Below, one piece after another: positions 38,264-48,205 of a stretch of DNA of 64,000 nucleotides (positions within the stretch are counted from its first letter, which is position 1; every line of letters begins with the position of its first letter). The stretch comes from an uncultured Methanosarcinales archaeon. Its GTDB lineage: Archaea; Nanobdellota; Nanobdellia; Woesearchaeales; GW2011-AR9. Under the pieces are notes generated by a model that was not told the DNA's origin, made no database searches, and worked only from the letters and a program-made list of their open reading frames with translations. The stretch covers positions 256,001 to 320,000 of the forward strand of contig CAYFMJ010000001.1 in the NCBI GenBank assembly GCA_964344235.1. Reading direction: 5' to 3'. Both the position numbers and the translations under genes were made by a program.

Positions 38264-38767
38264 TTATGACAACCTCCCTGCATGTTTGGCTTTTGGATAG
38301 ACTTTTTTCATACTTTCCCATTGAACGAGGAAGAGATCAGATACAGGGTAGACGAGTTTTCCAGTTTGTGATTTATGGTGGACCCGCACCCATGACTCAA
38401 TAAAGATTGTTTTGATACCCATAACTTTAGCAATCCAGAATAATGGGATGGCAGCGGAAGGGCCGGCACTAATAAACACATCTGGTTTTGCTTTTCGTAA
38501 GATATTGAAGCCTTGAATAGTTGTGGGGAACATGTTGAGGACGACTCTAAAGAGGGATTTATCTTTCATTAACCGTGGATTTTTAATGGTGTGAACTTTC
38601 CCGGGATGGTGGATTTTCTTTGCAGATGTTTGGTCATCATGGCCTACGAGGTATTGAAATTGGTGAGTTGGATCGAGATTTTTTGTTAGTTCCAGTATTT
38701 GTGAAGTGTGGCCGCCCATCCCTAGGTGAATAAGGAGGTTTTTACTGCTGTTTAGCGTGGTACTCAT
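38264..38767 (-). CDS. Alg14/PssD-like glycosyltransferase subunit
   Basis: GMGGHTSQ, SAGPSAAIP, IESW and FLVQWE motifs. Confidence 0.9.
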   Translation of the reverse strand: MSTTLNSSKNLLIHLGMGGHTSQILELTKNLDPTHQFQYLVGHDDQTSAKKIHHPGKVHTIKNPRLMKDKSLFRVVLNMFPTTIQGFNILRKAKPDVFISAGPSAAIPLFWIAKVMGIKTIFIESWVRVHHKSQTGKLVYPVSDLFLVQWESMKKVYPKAKHAGRLS

Positions 38768-38831
38768 AAAATGGTCTCGGTTCGACAAGATTTATAAAGA
38801 TTTGGAAAAAGATTTTGGAAATGGTGGTTCT

Positions 38832-40583
38832 ATGTTGAGGGCGGCAAGGAAAACTCCGTTGGAAGAAGGAGAGTGTAGGACGATTAGCGCTACTTCTGGG
38901 AACGTTACTGAGAATGGATCCTTAACAGAGACACAGACCGTTTTTGGAGCTACAAGTGAACTTGAGGATGTTACGAAAGAAACCCCTCCCCTGGAAACAC
39001 AAAGAATAAAAGAGCATAAATTTAATTTTCCTAAAGGAAAGACAATTGATTTTTTAAAGGATAAGTATCACCTTATTCTGGTAGCAGTTTTAGTTTTGGT
39101 TCTGCTCACACGCTTGAAATATATTGGTCAAGAAAGTCTATGGAATGATGCAGCTGTTCACTTGTGGTACGTTATAAAAGTTACTAAAGAACCACTGTTT
39201 ATACTTAGTCATGAATATCTGCTTGGAGATTATGCAATCCCACAAACAATTATGACTCTTTTTTACTTTGTTGTTAAAGATGCTCTCACTGCGGGGAAGA
39301 TTGTTGCAGTTTTATATTCTTTAGTGGGAGTTGTCTTAATTTACCTTTTAGGCTCAGAACTTAAAAGTAAATTCGTTGGGGTCATGGCGGCTATCCTTTT
39401 AGCTTTTAATCATATCTTTTGGTTTTACAGCGTAAGGCCTTTGGGAGATTCACCGCTAATGGTTAGTACTATTTTTATCTTCTATTGCATGGTTCGGTTA
39501 GAAAAAGAAAAAACAATGATCTGGGGTTTTCTCACGGGGACCGCCTTCGTTCTCGCACTTTTCCATAAGGTCCAATCCTCTATTTTTATCCTTGGTCTTG
39601 TTCTTTACTATATTCTTTTTAAGCGTAAAGAAATGATTAGAAACAAGCCAACGCTTGTTTCTTGGTTGATACCCGTAGGGACAATTGTGGTGGGGCACCT
39701 TGTCGCTCAGATCTTTTACGGCCGAGATTTGCTTGGAAGATTATTCGGCTTAATGATTTATTTAAGAGGAATGCCTTTTGGATTTGAGGCTGCTGGTATG
39801 CTGGAATGGGTCTTTTCTTGGTATTTAATCCCGTTTGTTTTCTTGGGGGCTTTGTTCGTTGTTTTTTATAAATATAAGAGATTTTATCCGCTACTTGTTT
39901 TAGGGCTTTATTACTGGTTTTACTTTGAGGTTAATGTTGATAATACGCAAGACAGATATGTTTTACCTCTCCTTCCTATAGCAATATTGTTAGCAGTATT
40001 CGCGATAGAAGAGATCGCATCATACCTCTCGATGGTCTTCCCGAAGAAAGTGAAATCTATCCTAAAGCATGTGATTGTTATTGCTGTTGTTTTGCTCTTA
40101 GCTTTGAATTATTATCAAGTTGGTGATCCTTTGATTTATAATAAATCGTTTAGTTACACTGGCCATGCAGAAGCAGGTCAGTGGATGAAAGAGAATATTC
40201 CTGAGGAGACCCCGATTTTTGCTGGTTCGTATCGTTTTGTTCGTTTGTTTACTGAGCGTGAGTTTGGTGGGCCGGCGGAAGAATCTTTTGGAGGATCAAT
40301 TTGGAACCTACGGGCAGAAAAAGTATATGCATCAAATCGGACTGCCTTTGAGGAGGATCTTTTGCGTCTTTCTCAAGAGAGCGATGTCTATTTGGAAATT
40401 GACCACATTGAATACACTCAACCAAGTTGGTATTATCCATTGACTGAAGATAGCGTTAGCTACTTCGCTTCTCTTGGTTTTAACTTAGTGCATGTTGTCA
40501 ATGGAAAAGTGCTGACGAACGAGGGGGTTATGGAAACACCGATGATTTTTATCTTTAAAAAAGATAAAGTAGAGTTAGAATGA
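38832..40583 (+). CDS. GT39/ArnT/PMT-like membrane glycosyltransferase
   Basis: LWNDAA loop motif, multiple TMs and DRYVLP. Confidence 0.8.
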   Translation: MLRAARKTPLEEGECRTISATSGNVTENGSLTETQTVFGATSELEDVTKETPPLETQRIKEHKFNFPKGKTIDFLKDKYHLILVAVLVLVLLTRLKYIGQESLWNDAAVHLWYVIKVTKEPLFILSHEYLLGDYAIPQTIMTLFYFVVKDALTAGKIVAVLYSLVGVVLIYLLGSELKSKFVGVMAAILLAFNHIFWFYSVRPLGDSPLMVSTIFIFYCMVRLEKEKTMIWGFLTGTAFVLALFHKVQSSIFILGLVLYYILFKRKEMIRNKPTLVSWLIPVGTIVVGHLVAQIFYGRDLLGRLFGLMIYLRGMPFGFEAAGMLEWVFSWYLIPFVFLGALFVVFYKYKRFYPLLVLGLYYWFYFEVNVDNTQDRYVLPLLPIAILLAVFAIEEIASYLSMVFPKKVKSILKHVIVIAVVLLLALNYYQVGDPLIYNKSFSYTGHAEAGQWMKENIPEETPIFAGSYRFVRLFTEREFGGPAEESFGGSIWNLRAEKVYASNRTAFEEDLLRLSQESDVYLEIDHIEYTQPSWYYPLTEDSVSYFASLGFNLVHVVNGKVLTNEGVMETPMIFIFKKDKVELE

Positions 40584-41515
40584 ATCCCAGAAAGTATGCG
40601 ACAATTCAAGTAGATTTAGATGGCTTATGGACAAATTTAGCGTATTATGGTTATGACCACCCTGTGGAAGATGACCCTGTATTTGCCAGTTCAGTACCTC
40701 GTTTTATTGAATTGTTCAAAGAATTTGATGTTAAAGCAACATTTTTCTTGATAGGCAGGGATGGAGAGGTGCCTTGGAAAGCAGAATTGGTAAAAAAATT
40801 GGTCGAGGCAGGGCATGAAGTTGCTAACCATACTTACAATCACCCTTTTGGTTTACGAAAGTTGCCTCAACAAGAGCAAGTTACAGAGATTGAACGAGGA
40901 GAAGAAGTAATCAAAAAGATTACTGGGAAAAAACCTCGTGGATTTAAAGCTCCAGGGTATGACATGGACGCAGGAGTTTTGCGGTTATTAGCAGAGAAGG
41001 GGTATAGGTACGATTCTTCAATGATTCCAACGTTTGTATACCCGATGATTATGAAGATGATGCAACTCATTTCGGGTGGGGCAAAACGGACGCACGGGCC
41101 AAAGTGGAGTTGGGCGTTTGCTCCGAATACTGTCTATCGGCCGTCAGGTCATAAAGAGTCAAGACGAGGAAAGATGCCCCTGGTAGAGTTGCCGTGCACA
41201 GTTGTCCCGGGGTTGCGGTTACCGTACCATGCAACGTTTGCATTGCGGTTAGGTATGCCTTACTTTTCACCAGCATATGGGCTTACAAAGATGACTCGCG
41301 GGACGTTGAATTATGAATTTCACGCTGTTGATTTAGCAGATGATATTACTGATGATAGATTGACACACGTCAAGGGAATACCTCTTAGTAAAAGGATTGA
41401 ACGTTGTCGAGCGATCGTCAAAAAGATGGTAACTCACTATGATGTTGTTGTGTCTGAGGATTTAGTGCAGGAGGTTCAGCAAGGAAATGGTTTGCTCTCT
41501 ACTCGCAAAAGATGA
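40580..41515 (+). CDS. Polysaccharide deacetylase family protein
   Basis: VDLD, ATFFLIG, HEVANHTYNH, GFKAPG and YDSS (NodB motifs). Confidence 0.9.
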   Translation: MNPRKYATIQVDLDGLWTNLAYYGYDHPVEDDPVFASSVPRFIELFKEFDVKATFFLIGRDGEVPWKAELVKKLVEAGHEVANHTYNHPFGLRKLPQQEQVTEIERGEEVIKKITGKKPRGFKAPGYDMDAGVLRLLAEKGYRYDSSMIPTFVYPMIMKMMQLISGGAKRTHGPKWSWAFAPNTVYRPSGHKESRRGKMPLVELPCTVVPGLRLPYHATFALRLGMPYFSPAYGLTKMTRGTLNYEFHAVDLADDITDDRLTHVKGIPLSKRIERCRAIVKKMVTHYDVVVSEDLVQEVQQGNGLLSTRKR

Positions 41516-42542
41516 TGAGGAACAGTACGACCGGTATGTTAGTAATGTTTCCAACGCTGGTTTTGAATATACTTTGCGTTGGCGCGATATTCTTCAACGT
41601 CATTTTGGTTTTCGCTCGCGATGTATCATCGCTAAGGACGAAGAAGGTAAGATTGTAGGGGTTCTGCCATTATTCCAAGCTCGAGGCATATTTGGTAAGA
41701 AGCTCGTTTCTTCTCCATACGCGATTTATACGGGCATGTTGGCAGATAATGGAGTGGCGAGAGAAGAGATGATGCATTTTGCAAAACAGTTGTCGATTCA
41801 GGAACGTGTAAAATTTTGTGAGGTTCGTGAACAGTTTCAAGATGATTCCTATATTAAAAGAGGGTTTAGGGAAAACAGTACTGTGTTCAATTTCTCGCTT
41901 GCCTTATCTTCTGATGTCGATGCCGTCTGGAAGAAATTGCCTAAAGGGAGCGTGCGTTGGGGGGTCAAGAAAGCCCAAAAGAGTGGCTTGCAGTGGCGTT
42001 GTGGTATTAGTGAGCGGGAGCTGCAAGGTTTTTATGCTTTGTTTCTTCAGACACGCAAACTGCGGGGTGTTCCGGGATATCCTTATGCCTATTTCAAAGA
42101 AATTCTCTCGACATTTGGGGAGAATGCGAGAATTTACGTTACTTCATACGAGAATAAACCTGTTGCTACAATCTTCTTGATATATCACAAGAATGAAGTG
42201 CGATATGCTTTTGCAGGAGCAGTTCACGATAAAACAATCATGCAATTGCAACCGTACCATCTTATAATGTGGGAAGCAATTAAAGATGCGTGTAACAGAG
42301 GGTATACAACGTTTAACTTTGGTGGTGCTACACTGCAAACAAATGATGGCGGGTTGTATAATTTTAAGAAGAGATGGGCAGATACGGTTGGGAAAGCGTA
42401 TTCGTATTATTTCCTTCATACAATGAAAGAAGTTCCCTCAAGCGACACTGCATTTTTTGCTTTGGCCACGAAACTATGGAGGAAGCTGCCTCTGTCGGTT
42501 GTTGATACGTTAAGTCCTTTTGTGATACGGCAATTTGTTTAA
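41487..42542 (+). CDS. FemAB-related GNAT family protein (copy 1)
   Basis: GVLPLFQ, VKKAQKSG, FNFGG and LYNFKKRW motifs. Confidence 0.82.
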   Translation: MVCSLLAKDDEEQYDRYVSNVSNAGFEYTLRWRDILQRHFGFRSRCIIAKDEEGKIVGVLPLFQARGIFGKKLVSSPYAIYTGMLADNGVAREEMMHFAKQLSIQERVKFCEVREQFQDDSYIKRGFRENSTVFNFSLALSSDVDAVWKKLPKGSVRWGVKKAQKSGLQWRCGISERELQGFYALFLQTRKLRGVPGYPYAYFKEILSTFGENARIYVTSYENKPVATIFLIYHKNEVRYAFAGAVHDKTIMQLQPYHLIMWEAIKDACNRGYTTFNFGGATLQTNDGGLYNFKKRWADTVGKAYSYYFLHTMKEVPSSDTAFFALATKLWRKLPLSVVDTLSPFVIRQFV

Positions 42543-42571
42543 GAGGAATATTTGGCGGATGATAAAGTCTA

Positions 42572-43621
42572 ATGAAATATACAATAACAATGTTAAGTGA
42601 GGAGGATCACGAGCTGTATGCGCAGTTTGTTAGTAGCTGCCCTGATGCCCTTTATGAACATTCTTTAGCTGTGAAAGATTTGGTTCAAAGATATTTTAAG
42701 TTTGAACCGAGATATATTGTGGCGAAGAATTCAGTTGGACAAATTGTTGGGGCTTTGCCGTTGTTTAAAGCGAAGAGTTTTGTGGAAGGAACACGCCTCG
42801 TTTCTATCCCATTTTTTCCATATGGCGGCGTGATTGGGGAGAGTGATGAATGTAAACGTTTGCTGTTAGAGGAAGCCAAGAAGTTGTCAAGTACAAGTAA
42901 GTTCTTGGAAATGCGTCAACATGGTGAACTCTCGGCGGAAGTTGCTCGAGGTTTTGTAAGACAAGCCCCGATTATTAATTTTTATCTTGACTTGAAAGAG
43001 TCCGAGGAGGAGATGTTACAATCGTTACATAAAAGTGTGCGATATGATATTCGAAAAGCACAGAAAAATAATTTGCAATTTTCTATGGGGGATACAACCA
43101 AGTTGCTCAATGATTTTTATGATGTGTATCTGAACACGCGGAAGAGAAGAGGTGTACCGGCGTGGCCAATGGGGCTCTTTAAAGAGGCATTGAAAACATG
43201 TGATACAAAAGTTGCGGTGACATACCATGAAGGAAAACCAATTGCTGGTTGCTTTTTATTTTTTGATAAAAAGACAATTGAATATGCTTTTGCGGGGACT
43301 GACTATCGGCACTCTGCGCTTTGTCCATATTATCTCTTACTGTGGGAGATTATTTGTTATGGAATCAAGCAAGGTTACACTGTTTTAGAGTTGGGTGGAA
43401 CGACTAAAGTTATGAATGAGGGGAATATGTATTCTTTCAAGAAACGGTGGAGTACGAAAACTGAAGAGATCCCTTACTACTTTTATGCACGTGAGGAGAA
43501 AAATATTCCTGTGTTACAGAATTCATTTAAAGTGTATACTCTCTATGGTAAAGTTTGGAGTTTACTGCCGAAGTGGTTGATAAAAAAAATAAGTCCGCCA
43601 ATTATACGGCAATTTAGTTGA
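42572..43621 (+). CDS. FemAB-related GNAT family protein (copy 2)
   Basis: GALPLF, RYDIRKAQK, LELGGT and FKKRW motifs; tandem paralog of the previous gene. Confidence 0.82.
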   Translation: MKYTITMLSEEDHELYAQFVSSCPDALYEHSLAVKDLVQRYFKFEPRYIVAKNSVGQIVGALPLFKAKSFVEGTRLVSIPFFPYGGVIGESDECKRLLLEEAKKLSSTSKFLEMRQHGELSAEVARGFVRQAPIINFYLDLKESEEEMLQSLHKSVRYDIRKAQKNNLQFSMGDTTKLLNDFYDVYLNTRKRRGVPAWPMGLFKEALKTCDTKVAVTYHEGKPIAGCFLFFDKKTIEYAFAGTDYRHSALCPYYLLLWEIICYGIKQGYTVLELGGTTKVMNEGNMYSFKKRWSTKTEEIPYYFYAREEKNIPVLQNSFKVYTLYGKVWSLLPKWLIKKISPPIIRQFS

Positions 43622-43644
43622 TGATGTGGGGAGTGAAGGTATAA

Positions 43645-44649
43645 ATGGTTTCCGTCAAACAAAAATTACAACAAACGTTATGTTCGTATCTTGGTGTTCG
43701 TCATGCAGTGCTATTTAGTTCTTGCAGGAATGCGTTGCATACATTATTAGTTTCATTACAGTTGGGGGGGGGAGAGGTTATCGTGCAGGATTTTATTTGT
43801 GATAGCTTAAATCAAGCGATTGAGAACGCAGACGGCACAGTTGTCGGTGTTCCGGTGGACGAAAAAACGTTTAACCTTTCTGCAGAAACGGTTGAACAAT
43901 ATATTACGCCAAAAACGAAGGCAGTTCTCTTCGTTCATACGTACGGGAATCCAACGGGTATTGCTGAGGTTGCAACACTTTGTCAAGATAAGGGTATTGT
44001 TTTGGTTGAGGATATTGCCCATGCTTTGGGCGCTGTTTGTCAGGGGAAAAAAGCAGGGACGTTTGGACAATATGCAGTGTATAGTTTTACAAAACAATTA
44101 GTTAGTGGTGGTGGTGGAGCAGTACTTACGAATGAAGATACGACAGCACTAGTTAAAGAACGTGATCGACATTCAACGAGTGCGCCCATTCTGGGTTACG
44201 TGAAACGCGTGATGGCTTCTCTCTATGAGACAAGAGCGTTTTTTCTTTCAAAGATTCTGATTGATGTCGCTCGAAAGAAAGCGGATTTGAAAATGACGAA
44301 TGCTCTTGATAGACATTATAGTTGTTCTTCGATTGAAGCATGGATGATTCTGCGGCAATTGAATGGCTTGGAGAGGTTGGTGGAGAAGAGACAGCGAAAT
44401 TATCGTTATTGGTCAACACTTGTGAAGACACAAGCGGTTATGAATGGTTGTGAATCTAGTTGCAATTATTTAACAATTATTTTTTCCAGCCGTAAAAATC
44501 GAGATAAGGCTGTGGCTCAAAGTCGTTTTTTACTTCCCCCCTGGCCTGGTTCAAATGTTTCTGAAAAGATTGCTTTTGTGCCTAATAATCCTGCTTTTAC
44601 ACAGAAAAAGTTACGAATAATCGCTGGAGCGAGTACAAAAGATTTATAA
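43645..44649 (+). CDS. DegT/DnrJ/EryC1/StrS family PLP aminotransferase
   Basis: VHTYG, VEDIAHA and YSFTKQL...GGGA motifs. Confidence 0.8.
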   Translation: MVSVKQKLQQTLCSYLGVRHAVLFSSCRNALHTLLVSLQLGGGEVIVQDFICDSLNQAIENADGTVVGVPVDEKTFNLSAETVEQYITPKTKAVLFVHTYGNPTGIAEVATLCQDKGIVLVEDIAHALGAVCQGKKAGTFGQYAVYSFTKQLVSGGGGAVLTNEDTTALVKERDRHSTSAPILGYVKRVMASLYETRAFFLSKILIDVARKKADLKMTNALDRHYSCSSIEAWMILRQLNGLERLVEKRQRNYRYWSTLVKTQAVMNGCESSCNYLTIIFSSRKNRDKAVAQSRFLLPPWPGSNVSEKIAFVPNNPAFTQKKLRIIAGASTKDL

Positions 44650-44657
44650 GGAACTCT

Positions 44658-45029
44658 TTGCGGATGAGAATTGAGATGAAAGATAATACAAAAGCGGTGC
44701 TTCTGGCTTTAGTTGTAACAGTTATTGTCTCTGTGTCTCAGATTCTCTTGAAATTTGGTAGTGAACAGTTTGAATTTTCATTGAATCAAATTACAAATTA
44801 TCCTCTTATTGTTGGAGGGGTGTTGTATGTTTTAGGAGCTTTTGTGTTGATTAAGGCGTTTCGTCTCGGTGAACTTTCTGTTGTGTATCCTGTTATGGCA
44901 TCAAGTTATATTTTAGTGACACTGTTATCTGTGCGTTATCTTGGTGAGATTATTACAACACAGAAGTGGGTTGGATTAGCTTTAATTACAATCGGAGTTG
45001 TATTTATTGGTAGGGGGGGTTCACAATGA
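44658..45029 (+). CDS. SMR/EamA-type small membrane transporter (ArnE/F-like), subunit 1
   Basis: Four TMs; GELSVVYP and LGE...KWVGL motifs. Confidence 0.78.
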   Translation: MRMRIEMKDNTKAVLLALVVTVIVSVSQILLKFGSEQFEFSLNQITNYPLIVGGVLYVLGAFVLIKAFRLGELSVVYPVMASSYILVTLLSVRYLGEIITTQKWVGLALITIGVVFIGRGGSQ

Positions 45030-45358
45030 GTTTAGTTACCGGGCTGTTCTTTTTGCTGATTTCTTCAATAATTGGCGCGTTTAGTACGCTTCTTTTTAAG
45101 ACTGGGTCTCGGTTTAAAATTAGCATTCGAAATAATCACCTCATTGGGGCAGTTGTCCTTGCGGCTTTTTCGTTTGTGTTTTACATTCTTGCGTTACAAC
45201 AAGCGCCGTTGACGTTCATTTATCTGACTGCTTCTATTAGTTATATTTGGGCGATAATCCTGGCTAAAAGTATTTTGAAAGAAAAGATTAACAGAAATAA
45301 AATCATTGGAGTATCCCTTATTATCATCGGTATTGTTGTTCTTAATTTCCCATTCTAA
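45026..45358 (+). CDS. SMR/EamA-type small membrane transporter, subunit 2
   Basis: Four TMs; LKEKI...KIIG; ATGA overlap with subunit 1. Confidence 0.78.
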   Translation: MSLVTGLFFLLISSIIGAFSTLLFKTGSRFKISIRNNHLIGAVVLAAFSFVFYILALQQAPLTFIYLTASISYIWAIILAKSILKEKINRNKIIGVSLIIIGIVVLNFPF

Positions 45359-45407
45359 TGGTGTCCTGTTAAGGAAAATTTATAAATCACGTCTCAGAGA
45401 GGCAGAT

Positions 45408-46136
45408 ATGAAATTATCGATTGTTGTTCCGTGCTATAATGAGGAGGAAGGTGTTGAAAACCTCTCACAGAAGCTTGAACCGATTCTCCAGGAATTGCAA
45501 AAGGAGTGGCAGTTAGAACTTATTTTTGTTGATGATGGAAGCAAAGATAGAACGTACGACTTATTGCAGCAGTATTTTGGTGAGAAAGAGTATGTCAAAA
45601 TTGTGAAGCATGAAGTCAATAAGAATATTGGTGCTGCGATGCGAACGGGGTTTTCACATTCAACGGGAGATGTTATTGTGACTATGGATAGTGATTGCAC
45701 GTACGATCCGCAAGAAATCTTTGCGATGCTGGGCCTTATGAAGGATGGTGCTTCAATTGTTACGGCTTCACCATATCACCCTCAAGGGGGTGTGAGGAAT
45801 GTTCCTCTTTACAGAATTTTTCTGAGTAAAGCTATCACTCAAATTTATAGAACACTTACTGGCTCGAAGATTTACACGTTTACTGCTCTCTTTCGAGCCC
45901 ATACTCGTGATGTTGTAGATACGGTTGCTTTCCAAGCTGATGATTTCCTCGCTACTGCAGAAATGTTAATCAAAGCGTCAATAGCAGGTCATAAAATTCA
46001 AGAGCATCCCAGTGTTCTCAATGTAAGAGAATATGGTGTTTCTAAAATGAGATTGTTACAAGTGATTGGGAATCATGCAAAGTTTGTGGGAAAAGTTGCA
46101 TCGCTGCGCTTCCGTGGTAGTTTTAGAAAAAAGTAG
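45408..46136 (+). CDS. GT2 glycosyltransferase (polyprenyl-phosphate sugar synthase, DPM1/ArnC-like)
   Basis: SIVVPCYNEE, DDGSKD and MDSD motifs. Confidence 0.88.
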   Translation: MKLSIVVPCYNEEEGVENLSQKLEPILQELQKEWQLELIFVDDGSKDRTYDLLQQYFGEKEYVKIVKHEVNKNIGAAMRTGFSHSTGDVIVTMDSDCTYDPQEIFAMLGLMKDGASIVTASPYHPQGGVRNVPLYRIFLSKAITQIYRTLTGSKIYTFTALFRAHTRDVVDTVAFQADDFLATAEMLIKASIAGHKIQEHPSVLNVREYGVSKMRLLQVIGNHAKFVGKVASLRFRGSFRKK

Positions 46137-46149
46137 AAGGTTTGGAGTT

Positions 46150-47250
46150 ATGAAAATAATTACGATTCTAGGAACAAGGCCAGAAATCACGAAACTTTCT
46201 CCCGTCTTACCGCTGCTTGATGAAGCATTTGATCATAAAGTCATCCATACTGGCCAGCATTATGACTATAAAATGGATGAGATTTTTTTTGAGGAATTGC
46301 AATTGCGGAAACCAGATTATATGTTGCATGTGGGGAGTGGGAGTCATGCTGAAATGACTGCAAAGATGTTAATTGAGATTGAAAAAATTCTTGTTGCAGA
46401 GAAGCCAGATTGGGTGATTGTGTTTGCCGATCCTAACACTCCGCTTGCAGGGGCGTTAGCAGCAGTGAAGTTACACATTCCTGTGATTCACATGGAAGCA
46501 GGGTGTCGTTCTTTTAACAAAAAGATGCCGGAAGAGATTAATCGAATTGTGTGTGACCATTGTGCAGACTTGTTGCTAGCTCCAGATGAAGTGGCTAGGG
46601 GCAACTTGTTACGAGAGGGTTTGCCTGAAGAGAAGATTGAGGTTGTTGGCAGTACAGCACTTGAAGCGGCGTTGCGGAATGTGGTAATTGCGCGTGAGAA
46701 GTCGAAGATTTTGGAAGAGCTGGGGCTGGTTGATGGCAAATATGCCCTTCTAACAATTCATCGAGCAGAGAATACTGATAATGCAGAAGTGTTGTGTGGT
46801 TTAGTGGGTGCAATGAATAAAATTGCTGAAAAAATTCCGATTGTATTTCCAATGCATCCCCGTTTTGTCAAAGCGTTGCAGCGTGAAGGGTTGCAGTTAT
46901 CAGAGAAGATTCACGCGATTGAGGCAGTTGGTTATGTAGACATGTTGATGTTGTTGGATAATGCATTATTTGTGATGACTGGGTCTGGCGGGTTACAGGA
47001 AGAAGCAGCAGCGTTAGATACGCCTTGTCTTGTGATTCGGAATGAAACAGAGTGGACGTATTTAACTGATGCAGGGAAAAATTTGTTGGTTAGTAATGAT
47101 GGTGGTAAAATAGTGAATGTGGTCACTGACCTGCTTGACCACCCTGAAAAGCTTACTAATATGAAGAATGTTCAATTAACTTTAAATACGGATGTTTCCC
47201 GAAATGTAGTTGATGCAATCAAAAGAAATTGTTCAACGAAAGACGCTTAA
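46150..47250 (+). CDS. wecB: UDP-N-acetylglucosamine 2-epimerase (non-hydrolysing)
   Basis: GTRPE, HTGQHYD, HMEAG.RS, PEEINR, HRAEN and GGLQEEA motifs. Confidence 0.92.
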   Translation: MKIITILGTRPEITKLSPVLPLLDEAFDHKVIHTGQHYDYKMDEIFFEELQLRKPDYMLHVGSGSHAEMTAKMLIEIEKILVAEKPDWVIVFADPNTPLAGALAAVKLHIPVIHMEAGCRSFNKKMPEEINRIVCDHCADLLLAPDEVARGNLLREGLPEEKIEVVGSTALEAALRNVVIAREKSKILEELGLVDGKYALLTIHRAENTDNAEVLCGLVGAMNKIAEKIPIVFPMHPRFVKALQREGLQLSEKIHAIEAVGYVDMLMLLDNALFVMTGSGGLQEEAAALDTPCLVIRNETEWTYLTDAGKNLLVSNDGGKIVNVVTDLLDHPEKLTNMKNVQLTLNTDVSRNVVDAIKRNCSTKDA

Positions 47251-48205
47251 AGGTAAGAACGTTTTAGTGACTGGTGGTGCTGGCTTTGTTGGTGGGCATT
47301 TAGTTGATAGGCTCATTGAGGAAGAACCAGCTTCTATTGTTGTTGCGTCTAATTTCTTTTTAGGAAGCATTTCAAATTTAGATGATGCGCTGAAACGGTT
47401 TCCCGTTAAAATTGTACGGTGTGATGTTGCTGATTTTGAAGAGATTAAAGACGCAATCGTTGATAATGATATTGAAGTTGTGTTTAATTTAGCAGTCATA
47501 CCTCTGCCAACCTCGCTTGTAAAACCGGAATGGACTATTCGAAAAAATATTGAGATGACAATTAATATTTGCCAGTTGTTGCGGGAAAAGAAGTTTAAGA
47601 CGTTAATTCAATACTCCTCTTCCGAAGCATTTGGTTCAGCACAATACGTGCCGATGGACGGGAAACATCCACTTGACCCTGAAACGCCGTATGCAGCTTC
47701 CAAAGCAGCAACAGATCATATTGCGTTATCCTATCATCACACGTTTGGCTGTGACGTTGCTGTGGTGAGGCCGTTTAACCAATATGGGCCGCGGCAGAAT
47801 GTTAAGAAGTATGCAGGAATAATTCCATTAATGGTTGGCAAGATGGTGCGAGGCGAGGATGTGACGATTTTTGGTGATGGGGAACAAACGAGAGATTTTA
47901 TGTACGTGGGAGATACAGCAGATTTAACCATTGAAGTTTACAAAAACCCTGCAAGTCGAGGAAGAGTTATTAATGCAGGTAGTGGCCGGGAAGTTTCAAT
48001 CAAAACTGTTTTAACAAAGATGGCAGATATTTTAGAGTATACAAAACCGTTTGTGCATCTCGATGCACGACCCGGTGATGTGAGGAGACACTGTTCTGAT
48101 ATTTCTGAAGTTAGGGAAGTGCTAGGATGGGAGCCGAAAACTTCGTTTGAGGAAGGGCTTCGTAAAACGGTTGAATGGTACCGTGATCATCCTGAGGTTT
48201 TTTGA
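47210..48205 (+). CDS. NAD-dependent nucleotide-sugar epimerase/dehydratase
   Basis: TGGAGFVG, SSSE, YAASK and RPFNQYGP motifs. Confidence 0.9.
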   Translation: MMQSKEIVQRKTLKGKNVLVTGGAGFVGGHLVDRLIEEEPASIVVASNFFLGSISNLDDALKRFPVKIVRCDVADFEEIKDAIVDNDIEVVFNLAVIPLPTSLVKPEWTIRKNIEMTINICQLLREKKFKTLIQYSSSEAFGSAQYVPMDGKHPLDPETPYAASKAATDHIALSYHHTFGCDVAVVRPFNQYGPRQNVKKYAGIIPLMVGKMVRGEDVTIFGDGEQTRDFMYVGDTADLTIEVYKNPASRGRVINAGSGREVSIKTVLTKMADILEYTKPFVHLDARPGDVRRHCSDISEVREVLGWEPKTSFEEGLRKTVEWYRDHPEVF

